DNA of 64,000 nt from positions 5,088,001 through 5,152,000 of the forward strand of contig OZ253462.1 in the NCBI GenBank assembly GCA_965261395.1. The letters run 5' to 3'. This stretch comes from Candidatus Latescibacterota bacterium. GTDB taxonomy: Bacteria > Latescibacterota > UBA2968 > UBA8231. Below, one piece after another: positions 20,870-30,266 of this stretch; positions within the stretch are counted from its first letter, which is position 1; every line of letters starts with the position of its first letter. The translations under genes and the position numbers were made by a program. The notes beneath the pieces are model-generated. The model worked only from the letters and a program-made list of their open reading frames with translations. It was not told the origin of the DNA and ran no database searches.

Positions 20870-22855
20870 TTACTGGCTCTCAGTATCAATGTCTTTGATG
20901 AGCTGATAAACGCGACCTGCTTCTTTATTCTTCTCCAGAAATGCCTGATAAGTCCGATAGGCGTCTTCAATAAGTTCACCATACAGAACAACCCGTACAT
21001 TTTTGGCTGCCAGCGATCTCTTGGATTCCTCCTCCTGCTCGGAAGTTTCCCACTGCTTGAGTCGCTCGCCTACGATGCAGATAACTTCAATCGGTTCGTT
21101 CTTTCCTGTTTCCTGAATCAGCTTTCTCAGTGCATTTCTGTATTTATCGACCTGTCCCTGCAGTTCAAAGTCCTCTAGTTTCCTCCTAGCGCGTTTGAGC
21201 TCGATTATAACGTGTTTCCCCGATGTCATTTTGTATTTGATGTCAAATCTCCCCCTCTGCTCTTCTTCGGTCAATTTTGCATCGAGTTTATTGAATTCGA
21301 TTTTGACATTTTGCTCCATCAACGGTGTTTCAGTCGCCCTATCCCATGAAGGGTCAAGCAACCAAAGGTGTTTGTAGAGATGTTCTTGAACTACCTTTTC
21401 AAGGACATTGTCCTTATTCTGCTCACGTAAGGCATCAATTACCTGTAGCCGCTCTCGAACAATCTGGTAATAGAGCGAAGCTTCAATATCATCCAGATCT
21501 GCGAAAACTTTAGCAAACTCTTGGATATTTTCGGGAGATACGTTATCAAGGGCAGAGAGATAATCCTTGTATCTAAGCTTTTCAAACGCTAACACGCTAT
21601 GCCGGTAGAGTTCTGTTCGCTCATTTTCTTCTAGAGTGAGTTGACCGATTTTCCCCAACATTGATTTCGCCTGTTTCTGCTTGTCTTTGCCCAATCCCTT
21701 CACCCATTCGTCAATCGCAGGAATCTGTCTAGCTTCTTTTTCTCCTTCCTGGGTACGCAGATCTGTCCACTGATTCTTGATATTTCTCAGTTCGTCTTTA
21801 ACCCAGTTCCTAAGTGCCTGGTATCTTGGATCGTCTTTGATGATTTCTTGTCGGTTGCTGGTCGCAATATCTTCTTGGCCATCAAGGTCCAAAAAATCAG
21901 CGTGGATTTCGCCGATAAGGTACTTTGTGTACAGTCCACCTTCGGGAAAGTCTTCAAGGATGTCTTCCTGAGCAAGTTTTCCGCGAACCATGATGACGAT
22001 CTTGTTGAGGTTGTCTTCACCGTCTTTGAGGTCGCCCGATCCAACGGCAGTGCCAATCCAACCTGTTACCTGATAGCCAACCGCTCCAATATCTCCTTCA
22101 CTTTCTACTTCAATTTTTCCCTCCCTTTCTTCTTCGTGTTCGAGCTTTTCCGAATTACAGAATGCAGTATACCTCTCACCTTCTCTGCCGTAATACCATA
22201 AATGCTGGAGCTTGTGGAAGTAATCACGGTCTGTGATTTCAACAGGGTTTTCATTGATGCGAACCGTGAAATTATATTCAGTTCCGATGATGCTGAATCT
22301 CCTTGCCAGTCGCTTCCTCAGGGCGGCGGGTGCTTGGGAAACCCGCTTTTTTAGTTCCGTGAGAACAATCCGCGTTCCATCTTTATCAAGGGTAAATTTG
22401 TCGTCTGGCAGAGGATCAGGGTAGTAGGTACTACCATCCTGCTTACTAATTTGGTCTTCAATCTCCTGCGCTGACATCACAAAACCGTTCTTTTTTCCGT
22501 CTTTGACCGTCTGAATCTCAGCAATGCCAGCAATCGAAAAGAGCGATAGCTTGCCGATGCCCTTGCGTCCCATGACAGGTCGCTCGTACCTAGGCGTTTG
22601 CTTGGCCTCTCTTTTTCTTCTCTCATAACCGACAGTGAGATACTTTTCGTTTATATCTGCCTCGGTCATACCGTGTCCATCGTCGGTAATTATGATTTGG
22701 TCGGATTTAATTTCTATGTCCACGTTTTCAGCATCAGCATCCCAAGAATTAGCGACCACTTCTGACAGAACGGCTGGGACATTACTGTAGAGCTTGAGAC
22801 CGAGATGATTGAGGACATTGAGGTCAATGCTCATCTGATATTTGGGATCAGGCAC
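20870..22855 (-). CDS. GHKL/MORC ATPase fused to a PD-(D/E)xK nuclease (HgiDII/BbrUII-like restriction enzyme)
   Basis: EVVANSWDADA, DDGHGM, GRKGIGKLS, GTRI; C-terminal RFDIKY...VIIELKR; overlaps the MTase stop. Confidence 0.8.
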   Translation of the reverse strand: MPDPKYQMSIDLNVLNHLGLKLYSNVPAVLSEVVANSWDADAENVDIEIKSDQIIITDDGHGMTEADINEKYLTVGYERRKREAKQTPRYERPVMGRKGIGKLSLFSIAGIAEIQTVKDGKKNGFVMSAQEIEDQISKQDGSTYYPDPLPDDKFTLDKDGTRIVLTELKKRVSQAPAALRKRLARRFSIIGTEYNFTVRINENPVEITDRDYFHKLQHLWYYGREGERYTAFCNSEKLEHEEEREGKIEVESEGDIGAVGYQVTGWIGTAVGSGDLKDGEDNLNKIVIMVRGKLAQEDILEDFPEGGLYTKYLIGEIHADFLDLDGQEDIATSNRQEIIKDDPRYQALRNWVKDELRNIKNQWTDLRTQEGEKEARQIPAIDEWVKGLGKDKQKQAKSMLGKIGQLTLEENERTELYRHSVLAFEKLRYKDYLSALDNVSPENIQEFAKVFADLDDIEASLYYQIVRERLQVIDALREQNKDNVLEKVVQEHLYKHLWLLDPSWDRATETPLMEQNVKIEFNKLDAKLTEEEQRGRFDIKYKMTSGKHVIIELKRARRKLEDFELQGQVDKYRNALRKLIQETGKNEPIEVICIVGERLKQWETSEQEEESKRSLAAKNVRVVLYGELIEDAYRTYQAFLEKNKEAGRVYQLIKDIDTESQ

Positions 22856-23951
22856 GGCAAATCTCCTCCAGATGCGTTTGAATGCTTTGGCCGATAACGG
22901 CTGCGAGTTGGACAGGTACGGCGTTTCCGACGTGAATTCCTAAGCGCACGAATGAGATCGGGAGATTCGGATCTACAAAGTCGTACTCTTTCGGAAATGT
23001 TTGTAGAAGTGCCCCCTCGCGGAGCGAAAGTGCCCGATCTTGTTCTGGGTGTCCGAAGCGTCCAGTGCCGAAGTTGTAAAATTGAGTCGTGATGGTCGGT
23101 GCGGGTTCATTCCACTCCATACGTGCATAAACCGACTTGTACGTCTGGCCTGACTTTTTTTTGTGGCATGGGGCACGTAGGGCAACATCCCAATCTAACC
23201 AAGTGCCGCCCGGAGTTGACTGTTTCATCCGTTCCTTATTAAGAGAAGAAAGTTTCCGCGACCTATGCAGCGGGTCTTCGTCAGATATTTGACCATCGGC
23301 GATTGCAGGAAGGTCTCCAATAGTAGCCTGTACTGTTGGGAGAGGATTCAACTCTGCCTGTGGGGAACATGCATGCGTTTGGGGTAGCAGAGAGACTTCC
23401 CCGAAGAGAGAGGCCATGAGAACGAGGCGGCGACGCTTTTGCGGAATGCCATAGTTGGGGCAGTATATCGACTTTTGATAGACGTAATATCCAAGAGAGT
23501 CGAGTTTCTCGACAAAGTCTGTAAAGACCTGCTGATTTCTGAGTGGCGTGACGTTCTCTATGGCGATCATTTCAGGCTTAACTCCCTCGGCTAGCCTCCC
23601 GAAGTGGGCGAGTAATCCCCACCGTTCGTCTTTGTCTCTATCTCTGTTTTTTCGCGTATGAGACGAAAACGGCTGACAGGGGGCGCACCCGACGAGCAGT
23701 CTGATAGCACCTTGTGGGTACAGGGCGGCAAGCTCGGCATTGGTGACAGAGCGAATATCTTTTTCAATAAATTGCGTCTGATTATTCTTCTCGTAGGTGT
23801 ACCTGCATGTCTTGTCAATATCAATCCCCGCGCTCACGTTTATATTGGCCTGCTGGAGACCGTGCGTCATGCCGCCAATGCCGCAGAACAGATCAACGGC
23901 GGATATAGGCACTTGGGTTATCTCTTTTGATAATATGTTCATGGCGATCAC
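22848..23951 (-). CDS. C5-cytosine DNA methyltransferase
   Basis: DLFCGIGG, GCAPCQPFS, ENV, QKRRR, REGALLQTFP, GNAVP. Confidence 0.95.
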   Translation of the reverse strand: MIAMNILSKEITQVPISAVDLFCGIGGMTHGLQQANINVSAGIDIDKTCRYTYEKNNQTQFIEKDIRSVTNAELAALYPQGAIRLLVGCAPCQPFSSHTRKNRDRDKDERWGLLAHFGRLAEGVKPEMIAIENVTPLRNQQVFTDFVEKLDSLGYYVYQKSIYCPNYGIPQKRRRLVLMASLFGEVSLLPQTHACSPQAELNPLPTVQATIGDLPAIADGQISDEDPLHRSRKLSSLNKERMKQSTPGGTWLDWDVALRAPCHKKKSGQTYKSVYARMEWNEPAPTITTQFYNFGTGRFGHPEQDRALSLREGALLQTFPKEYDFVDPNLPISFVRLGIHVGNAVPVQLAAVIGQSIQTHLEEICRA

Positions 23952-23962
23952 CGTTTGAACTG

Positions 23963-24358
23963 CTAGAGTTTGATATCCTCAAATCGGTCAAAGTCTTTAT
24001 CAAATGTTGCCACATGGTCGCCGGATGCCGCAGCTAGGGCAGCCAAGTAGCAATCCAGAAAATCGCATTTTGTCGTCGCAAAGCGATACAAAGCATCGAG
24101 CATTTCATCTTGCTTCATACAGCGCACACCGGCACTAATGATGACCTTACGCAGCCATTCTGCAATCTGTTCGCGCTCGGTCTGGTAGAAGGAATTGAGC
24201 ACCCACACCGCTTCGGCAACAGCCACTTCGGTTAATATCAGCACACATTTTCCATCGCAAGCGTCCGAAAATAGTGCCCGAGCAGCCGGGGAGTGCTGAG
24301 CATCGTCGCCGCGCAGAAAACGAAGGAGGACGTTGGCGTCTAAAAGATACTTGATCAT
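23963..24358 (-). CDS. vapC: PIN-domain toxin (VapC)
   Basis: LLDANVLLR, AEAVWVL, DFLDCYL, TFDKDF. Confidence 0.9.
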   Translation of the reverse strand: MIKYLLDANVLLRFLRGDDAQHSPAARALFSDACDGKCVLILTEVAVAEAVWVLNSFYQTEREQIAEWLRKVIISAGVRCMKQDEMLDALYRFATTKCDFLDCYLAALAAASGDHVATFDKDFDRFEDIKL

Positions 24359-24597
24359 TCGTATCTTGCCGCTCTTGCTTTGCGTGCTGCCTCTCGTTCC
24401 TCGGATTTGGACGCAGAGGGCTTGTCGTCTGCAAGACAGCCATATAGATCCTTGAGCGTTTCGGGCTGGGGCTTCACCAAAACGGCACCGTCAGTCAACT
24501 CATAGATGAGCTGCTGCCGAGGCTTGAGGTGGAGTGCCTTGCGGACTTCGGCCGGGATGGTGGTTTGCCATTTATCGGTTAGAGTTGACTTGATCAC
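24355..24597 (-). CDS. AbrB/MazE/SpoVT family antitoxin
   Basis: STLTDKWQTTIPAEVRKALHLKP; 4-nt overlap with vapC. Confidence 0.88.
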   Translation of the reverse strand: MIKSTLTDKWQTTIPAEVRKALHLKPRQQLIYELTDGAVLVKPQPETLKDLYGCLADDKPSASKSEEREAARKARAARYE

Positions 24598-24630
24598 GGG
24601 TCCATCTCCTTTTCATTGTTTTTATGAATC

Positions 24631-24652
24631 CATTGTATTAAATATAACAATG
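24631..24652. promoter_or_regulatory. Putative antitoxin operator overlapping the -10 box
   Basis: Inverted repeat CATTGT-N10-ACAATG upstream of the antitoxin; TTGCGG-N16-TATATT on the minus strand. Confidence 0.5.
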
Positions 24653-24700
24653 CAAATCCAGTCCGCAAGCATCGGGTCCCAGCGGCGTCAATCAAGCAAT

Positions 24701-24836
24701 AAGGGCATGTAGGCGTTGCAAGGTGTCCGGCGTGATAGAAAGAGCGGCGTAGTCGGAGTGAATCTCGTTCAAGGCGCGGTGATAGTCCTGAACCTCTTGC
24801 TCGGAGCGGTCACGGGGTTTCGCTTGGCCGAGCACC
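24701..24836 (-). pseudogene. 136-bp duplicated internal fragment of the Fic gene
   Basis: Direct repeat of 20443-20578 with 6 substitutions and no indels. Confidence 0.9.
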
Positions 24837-24877
24837 TAAGGCGTTCATCATTTTCCCCGTATCACCGTTCGGGCAGA

Positions 24878-25900
24878 TCACGGATCCCCGAGATTGATTC
24901 TCTGTATGATCTTCTTTGCCAAATCCCTAAAATCCCGGTGTGCGTCTTTTGCCGCGGCGGCATGGCTGCCAATGGCACCATCGGCCGTGGTGAGGTGAAA
25001 AATGGGCTTGCGTGCTTCCTGAGCCATCGGCACCAAGCTCCGGTAGTGCTTGACGGTGGCAAGGGCGTGTTCCTCATCCTGTGTCGGTGTCTCGGGGTAC
25101 GGTCCTTCGTTATCATCGCACAGGTTGCGGGCGTATTCTTCCGGCATTCTATTGACCCATTTGTCATACGCCCTGACGGGGCGGTTCAGACGGACGCCGT
25201 GCTGTTGCACTACATAGCCGACGGGTTGCATGGCCCCATCCGGCAGTGGAAAGTCCGGTTGCGCCCAGTGGTCCCTTCGCCGCTGCCAGTCTTGTCGCCA
25301 CCGATTCAGCGTCGGGCCGAGATTGCGCAGACCTTGGAGCGAAAACAGGTCAGCACCCAGCGGAACGACGATGTAATCGGTGGCAATCAGCGCGGAACGA
25401 TTAATCGCACCAAGATTGGGGCCGACGGCGGCTAGGATGACCGAGGCGTCCATCTGTGCGGCTCCAGACTGCATGACGGTCGAGAAGGAAGTCAAAATGC
25501 GGAAGGGGCGGTATAGCTCGCTAGAACCCAATGCGTTAGGCCATTCTGATGACAGAGTATCTTCAAATCCGGCCAGCGCCAAGTCTCCCGGAATCAGGCA
25601 CAGCCTAGATATAAGCGTAGATGTAATTTCAGCGAGCGTCGGGTCTTTGATATCGCCAACTTTCGTCAGAGGTCGGACGCATTGCAGTATGGTCTTAGCG
25701 GATGCCTCGTTGTCTTCATCCCACAGCATTTCCAACTGATCTTCATTTAGAAATGCAGCGGTGAGATTCGCCTGTGGATCGAGATCGCAGGCCAGCACCC
25801 GATAACCACTGTCGGACAGCATCCACGCCAGATGATAGACAAGCGAGGTCTTGCCGACCCCCCCCTTGTTATTGAAGAAAGTCAAAACGGGAACGGTCAT
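24878..25900 (-). CDS. ParA/MinD-family (AAA_31-like) ATPase
   Basis: FNNKGGVGKTS, DLDPQANLT; Walker B reads ILAAVGP (expected Asp absent). Confidence 0.85.
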   Translation of the reverse strand: MTVPVLTFFNNKGGVGKTSLVYHLAWMLSDSGYRVLACDLDPQANLTAAFLNEDQLEMLWDEDNEASAKTILQCVRPLTKVGDIKDPTLAEITSTLISRLCLIPGDLALAGFEDTLSSEWPNALGSSELYRPFRILTSFSTVMQSGAAQMDASVILAAVGPNLGAINRSALIATDYIVVPLGADLFSLQGLRNLGPTLNRWRQDWQRRRDHWAQPDFPLPDGAMQPVGYVVQQHGVRLNRPVRAYDKWVNRMPEEYARNLCDDNEGPYPETPTQDEEHALATVKHYRSLVPMAQEARKPIFHLTTADGAIGSHAAAAKDAHRDFRDLAKKIIQRINLGDP

Positions 25901-25907
25901 TGTTATG

Positions 25908-27120
25908 CTATGCTCCCCTGGCCTTTACTGTTACCCGCGCAAAATTATTGGAAATATCAAATTCAGGTTCCGGATGTCCCGCCTCCGCCAATTGATTCTT
26001 AGCTATCGGTATTCCTACTCCAAAACGCTGGACAAATCCGAGTGTCCTCATCGCGTCCGCAAGATTTGGATTGCGATAATCAACCAACCCCGGCTCTCCA
26101 AAGCTCTCGATTGTCACTGCCCCAAATGCGCCGCCGGGACTCAAAATCTCAATGCGGTCATTGAACCAATAGACATGAACGGGTGCGTTGGTCGCCTCGT
26201 AAGTCCTGTGCATCACTGCATTGCGAGTGATCTGGTGCAATGCTTCCATGGGGTACAACTCTGTTCGTTGTTCAATGTAGCTCTTTGTAATATCCACAGC
26301 GACGCGATTGTGGGCCGTCAGTTTTTCTTCGAGCTGGTGCAGGAGTTCCGGGATGGCACCGCGTATCTCTTGGGCATCGATTATCTCATCGGCGTATCCG
26401 TTGCCATCGATTCTGAGGAATTGCACATAAGCACCTGGCAGAAAATCCTGCGGGTTTTTGCCGATCGCGAGTATGCCCAGCACGGTCGCGGTGGGTTGGT
26501 CGGCGGCGACGATCATTTTTGTCGCTGCCAGTTGCTCATTCAGGCTGCGGTCGTTTGCTGCTAGCACCTCATCCGAAAATGCTGCGGTTAAGTATTCGTT
26601 CTCAAACTGGGTCAGATTGAGGTCGGACAAGCCGGCGGTCGGGATCGGTTGAAGGTCAAAAGGGCGGTCTCCGTATCGCCTCTTTTCGTTGAGAATCCTT
26701 TCGTCCTGGGATGTGGCGGTACCACGGCGAGGGCCGGTACGGAACATGGATGGCACCCTTGAAGCGAACCGGAGGCGAGTTAGAAGGTTGCACTATGATC
26801 ACCGCAACTTCCTTGCCTTGCAGCCTACGCTTCTCCACCGTCAGCGAGGGTGGAGGTACAATATTGCCATCGGTTTTCATATCTGCCAATTGCTCAAGTA
26901 ACCGATCTGTGACCGCTATAGTACCTATCGTTCCATCGTCCTTCACACCGACGAAGACGAGGCCGGGTTCTTCGTGCCCAGCCAAATCATTGGCAAAAGC
27001 GCAGATAGTTTCCCTGATTCTAGTGGCGGCGTCGCCAGCCAAAGACTCCTTGAACTCGACGCGGGCAGTTTCGCCGGCTGCGATGATTTGCAGCAACTCT
27101 TGTTCTGTAAAATCTGGCAT
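25908..27120 (-). pseudogene. Frameshifted Schlafen/AlbA_2-domain plus HATPase_c_4 (RecG C-terminal-like) protein
   Basis: N-part GETARVEFKES..ICAFAN..VFVGVKDDG; C-part ITRNAVMHRTY..DRIEILSPGG..YRNPNLA..GVGI; one extra C near 26742 separates KGAIHV from RTGPRR. Confidence 0.85.
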
Positions 27121-27377
27121 TGGATTGCTCCGCTCATGTTGACTTGGTATCAGCCTGTGCGTTCAAGCACAACGAGCCAAGTTACCAACTCAAATGTTCG
27201 GCTTGTCGGATTGCACAGGTAGCCTAAAATCGCGCTGACCATGAATGCCCAGTTGCTGGATCGGCATAGCTCTGTCCGCTCCGCCGATGTGGGCCATGAC
27301 CTCATTCAACAGGATGAGTTCGTATTCCGCCATGTCGCATAGGAAAAGAGGCGAACAGACTTTCAATTACTTAGTGA

Positions 27378-27416
27378 TTACTTAGTGATTGTCTAGCACC
27401 TGAGCAACCCGCAGCC
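27378..27416 (+). repeat. Right copy of the island-bounding degenerate direct repeat
   Basis: TTACTTAGTGATTGTCTAGCACCTGAGCAACCCGCAGCC; its first 11 bp are also tandemly duplicated just upstream. Confidence 0.6.
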
Positions 27417-27427
27417 AGATTCTCCCG

Positions 27428-28315
27428 TCAAAGGCGCAGCAATTCCCCCTCGCCAAAGACGAGCAGATCGGCCAGGATCGCAGCAAAGTAGATCAGGCTG
27501 ACCGTGCTGTTGACCGTCATAAAGGCCGTGCTCATGCGGGACAGGTCGTCGGCCCGCACCAGCCGGTGCTCGTACACCAGCAAGCCAGCTACCACTACTA
27601 CCCCCAACCAGTACAAAAAGTTCAAGCCAGCCATGTGGCCCACGAGGATCAACAGCACCACAAACAACAGGTGTAAGGCGCGAGCAATGTACAAAGCGCG
27701 AGCAATGCCAAAGCGAACCGGGATGGAATGGAGTCCGGCCCGCACGTCAAAGGCGTGATCCTGGCAGGCGTAGATGATGTCAAAGCCAGCCACCCAAACC
27801 AGCACTCCCAAGCAGAGCAGCAGCGGTATGAGGTCAAAGCCGCCGGTGACCGCAATCCAGGCGCCCAGTGGTGCCCCGCCCAAACTCAGCCCCAAAATCA
27901 AGTGAGAGGCCCAAGTGAAGCGCTTGGTCAGCGAGTAAAACAAAAGCACGGCCAAAACCAACGGCGACAGATAAAAGCACAACGAGTTGAGCCGGTAAGC
28001 TGCCAAGACCAAAACCAAGACAGACAAAACCACGAACAACCCCACAGCTTGCGGCGAGACCACGCCTCGCGGCAATTCGCGGTTTTCGGTGCGGGGATTG
28101 GCCGCGTCGAGGTGGCGGTCAACGAGGCGATTAAAACCCATCGCCGCGCTGCGCGCCCCCACCATCGCCAGCGCAATCCAGCCGATCTGAGCCGGGGTAA
28201 TGCCCGTGTAAGTCGCGGCCAGCAAGGCACCGCTAAAAGCAAAGGGCAAAGCAAAGACGCTGTGGGAGAATTTGATCATGCGGCCGTACACCGCAATGGC
28301 CTGCAAGGGAGCCAT
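27428..28315 (-). CDS. UbiA-family prenyltransferase (futalosine pathway, MqnP-like)
   Basis: MIKFSHSVFALPF, NRLVDRHLDAANPRT, YSLTKR, FDIIYACQD; last gene of the mqn cluster. Confidence 0.88.
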   Translation of the reverse strand: MAPLQAIAVYGRMIKFSHSVFALPFAFSGALLAATYTGITPAQIGWIALAMVGARSAAMGFNRLVDRHLDAANPRTENRELPRGVVSPQAVGLFVVLSVLVLVLAAYRLNSLCFYLSPLVLAVLLFYSLTKRFTWASHLILGLSLGGAPLGAWIAVTGGFDLIPLLLCLGVLVWVAGFDIIYACQDHAFDVRAGLHSIPVRFGIARALYIARALHLLFVVLLILVGHMAGLNFLYWLGVVVVAGLLVYEHRLVRADDLSRMSTAFMTVNSTVSLIYFAAILADLLVFGEGELLRL

Positions 28316-28327
28316 CTCGACCTTCCT

Positions 28328-29122
28328 TCAGGCTGCTGGATAAAAGCGCAGCGGAGGGACCGCGTCGATCAGGCCGTGGCGATGAGCCAGTTGGTAGAAC
28401 AACTGCAAACCAGCTTGGGCGGCCTCGTCCAAATCAAAGCGGATGTGGTGGGTCAGGTAGCGCTCGTAGAACTCGGGCGAGCCGCCGCATTCTCGGCTAT
28501 ACGCTGCGGCGATGGATGGCACTTGGCATACCCCTTGATCTTTGGCCCGCTGCAATTGTTGGACTTGGGCGGGTGTGAGCGCCTGCTGGCGGCCAGCCCA
28601 AAAGGCAAACACAAAAGGCAGATCGGTCATAGCCGTCCATTCCTGACCCAAATCCAAGCTCTCCACGTCCCTGTCCAAGTGCGGAAAGACCTGATCGCCG
28701 ATGAGCAGGGCCGCGTCGGCACACTCCAGCATGGCCTCCAAGTCGGGCGGAGCTTCAATCAATTGCGGAGTAAGAGCGAACCTTTCGCGCAGGAGAATGG
28801 ACAAGAGAGCCACTGAAGTGCGGGAACTGGTATCTAAGGCGATGCGCTCGATCCGCGACAACGGACGGCGGCAAAAGAGGCGCACCGTCAGCACCGATCC
28901 CTGCGAGCCAATGGCTATATCGGGGACGATCCAGTAGGGGTGAGGACTGCGGGCGTATTCGATCGCGGGAATGACCCCCACGTCGATCGTACCGGCCGCG
29001 AGTTCCCTCGCGCAGCGCGAAGGAACTGAATAACTCAAGGCGAAAGGTGCGGGGTCGCGTTCAAGGGCAAAGACGAGGGGCCGCGTGTTGAGGTACGGGA
29101 CCGCGCCCAAGCGCGGCTTCAT
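28328..29122 (-). CDS. mqnA: Chorismate dehydratase
   Basis: VPYLNTRP, SSRTS, LLIGD, DLGQEW...LPFVFAFW. Confidence 0.9.
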   Translation of the reverse strand: MKPRLGAVPYLNTRPLVFALERDPAPFALSYSVPSRCARELAAGTIDVGVIPAIEYARSPHPYWIVPDIAIGSQGSVLTVRLFCRRPLSRIERIALDTSSRTSVALLSILLRERFALTPQLIEAPPDLEAMLECADAALLIGDQVFPHLDRDVESLDLGQEWTAMTDLPFVFAFWAGRQQALTPAQVQQLQRAKDQGVCQVPSIAAAYSRECGGSPEFYERYLTHHIRFDLDEAAQAGLQLFYQLAHRHGLIDAVPPLRFYPAA

Positions 29123-30261
29123 GAATGGAGGGCCTCTTGCAAAGCGTCGATCCGACAGGGTGAAGCCACCAACTCGTAGCGGGTGTTGCGCCGTTGGGGC
29201 GCAAAGCCGGCGTCGCGAATTAGCCGTTCCATCGCATCCAAGCTCATCTCGTTGGTGTGGCTGGTGCCGGCGGCGCTGACGACGTTTTCTTCGAGCATGG
29301 TGCTGCCGAAGTCGTTGACTCCGTAGTGCAAGCTAACTTGGGCGATTTTAGGCCCTTGGGTCACCCACGAGGCCTGCAGGCTGGGGATATTGTCGAGGAA
29401 GAGCCGCGCTACCGCCACCGTGCGCAGGTGGTCGTACCCGGTTGCTTTGGCACCGTTCCAGCGGGTAGCGTCCGCGCCCAAGTCCGTGTGGTCGGGTTGG
29501 AAGTTCCAAGCGATAAAAGCGGTGAAGCCACCGCGCTCGTCCTGTAGCTGCCGCAGGTGGTCAAGGTGCTCTAGGCGGTGTTCGACCGTCTCCACATGGC
29601 CGTACATCATCGTCGCGGTGGTCGGCATCCCCAGTTTGTGCGCCACGCGATGCACTTCCAGCCACTCCTCGGTGCGATCCTTGCGAAAGCCGATAATATC
29701 GCGCACCTCGTCGTTGAGGATCTCGGCCCCGGCCCCCGGTATCGAATCCAGCCCAGCGTCGCGCAGGCGGCGAATGGTCTCATCCAGTGGCAGCCGCGAC
29801 AGGTGTGCGATGTAGATGATTTCCGTGGCCGAAAGACAGTGTAGCTGCACCTGCGGATAGCGGTCCCTAATCGCCGCAAGCAACTGTTCGTAGTAATCGA
29901 GACGCAGCTTGGGGTTGAGACCGCCCTGCATCAGGATTTCGCAGGACTTGAGCTCGTCGCCGCCAAAGGCCACCAGTTTATCGATTTTGGCAAATATCTG
30001 CTCTTGGGGCAGGACGTAGCCCTCGTTGGAACCCGGCGGCCGGTAGAAGGCGCAAAAGTCGCACTTGACCCAGCAGACATTGGTGTAGTTGATGTTGCGC
30101 CCGACATTGTAGGTGACCATCTGCTCGGGGTGTTTCTGCAGGCGCACCCAATGCGCCAACATCCCCAACTCGGCAAGGTTGTGGTGCGCGTAGAGGCGAC
30201 GGGCATCATCGAGCGCGAGGCGCTCCCCGGCATAGACTTTTTCGGCAATATCGGTAATCAC
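29119..30261 (-). CDS. mqnC: Cyclic dehypoxanthinyl futalosine synthase (radical SAM)
   Basis: RNINYTNVCWVKCDFCAF, QASWVTQG, NDFGSTMLEENV. Confidence 0.92.
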   Translation of the reverse strand: MITDIAEKVYAGERLALDDARRLYAHHNLAELGMLAHWVRLQKHPEQMVTYNVGRNINYTNVCWVKCDFCAFYRPPGSNEGYVLPQEQIFAKIDKLVAFGGDELKSCEILMQGGLNPKLRLDYYEQLLAAIRDRYPQVQLHCLSATEIIYIAHLSRLPLDETIRRLRDAGLDSIPGAGAEILNDEVRDIIGFRKDRTEEWLEVHRVAHKLGMPTTATMMYGHVETVEHRLEHLDHLRQLQDERGGFTAFIAWNFQPDHTDLGADATRWNGAKATGYDHLRTVAVARLFLDNIPSLQASWVTQGPKIAQVSLHYGVNDFGSTMLEENVVSAAGTSHTNEMSLDAMERLIRDAGFAPQRRNTRYELVASPCRIDALQEALHS

Positions 30262-30266
30262 GGGCG

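Larger units (their letters stand above)
19663..27416. mobile_element. Putative defence island without an integrase
   Basis: Accessory genes (Fic, RM, TA, Schlafen, ParA) with AT-richer codons between rfbB and the ubiA-like gene; degenerate flanking direct repeats. Confidence 0.6.

Noticed and set aside
26730-26760. Programmed frameshift in the AlbA_2 gene
   Set aside because: No slippery heptamer or homopolymer at the junction; a point insertion or sequencing error is simpler.
27140-27202. attC-like look (GTTCAAGC...AACTCAAATGTTCGGC) upstream of the AlbA_2 gene
   Set aside because: No RYYYAAC inverse core at the right distance, no full attC hairpin, single copy, and no integron integrase in the window.
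27190-27333. 47-codon minus-strand ORF (MAEYELILLNEV...)
   Set aside because: No RBS or recognisable motif; probably a gene remnant, so not called.
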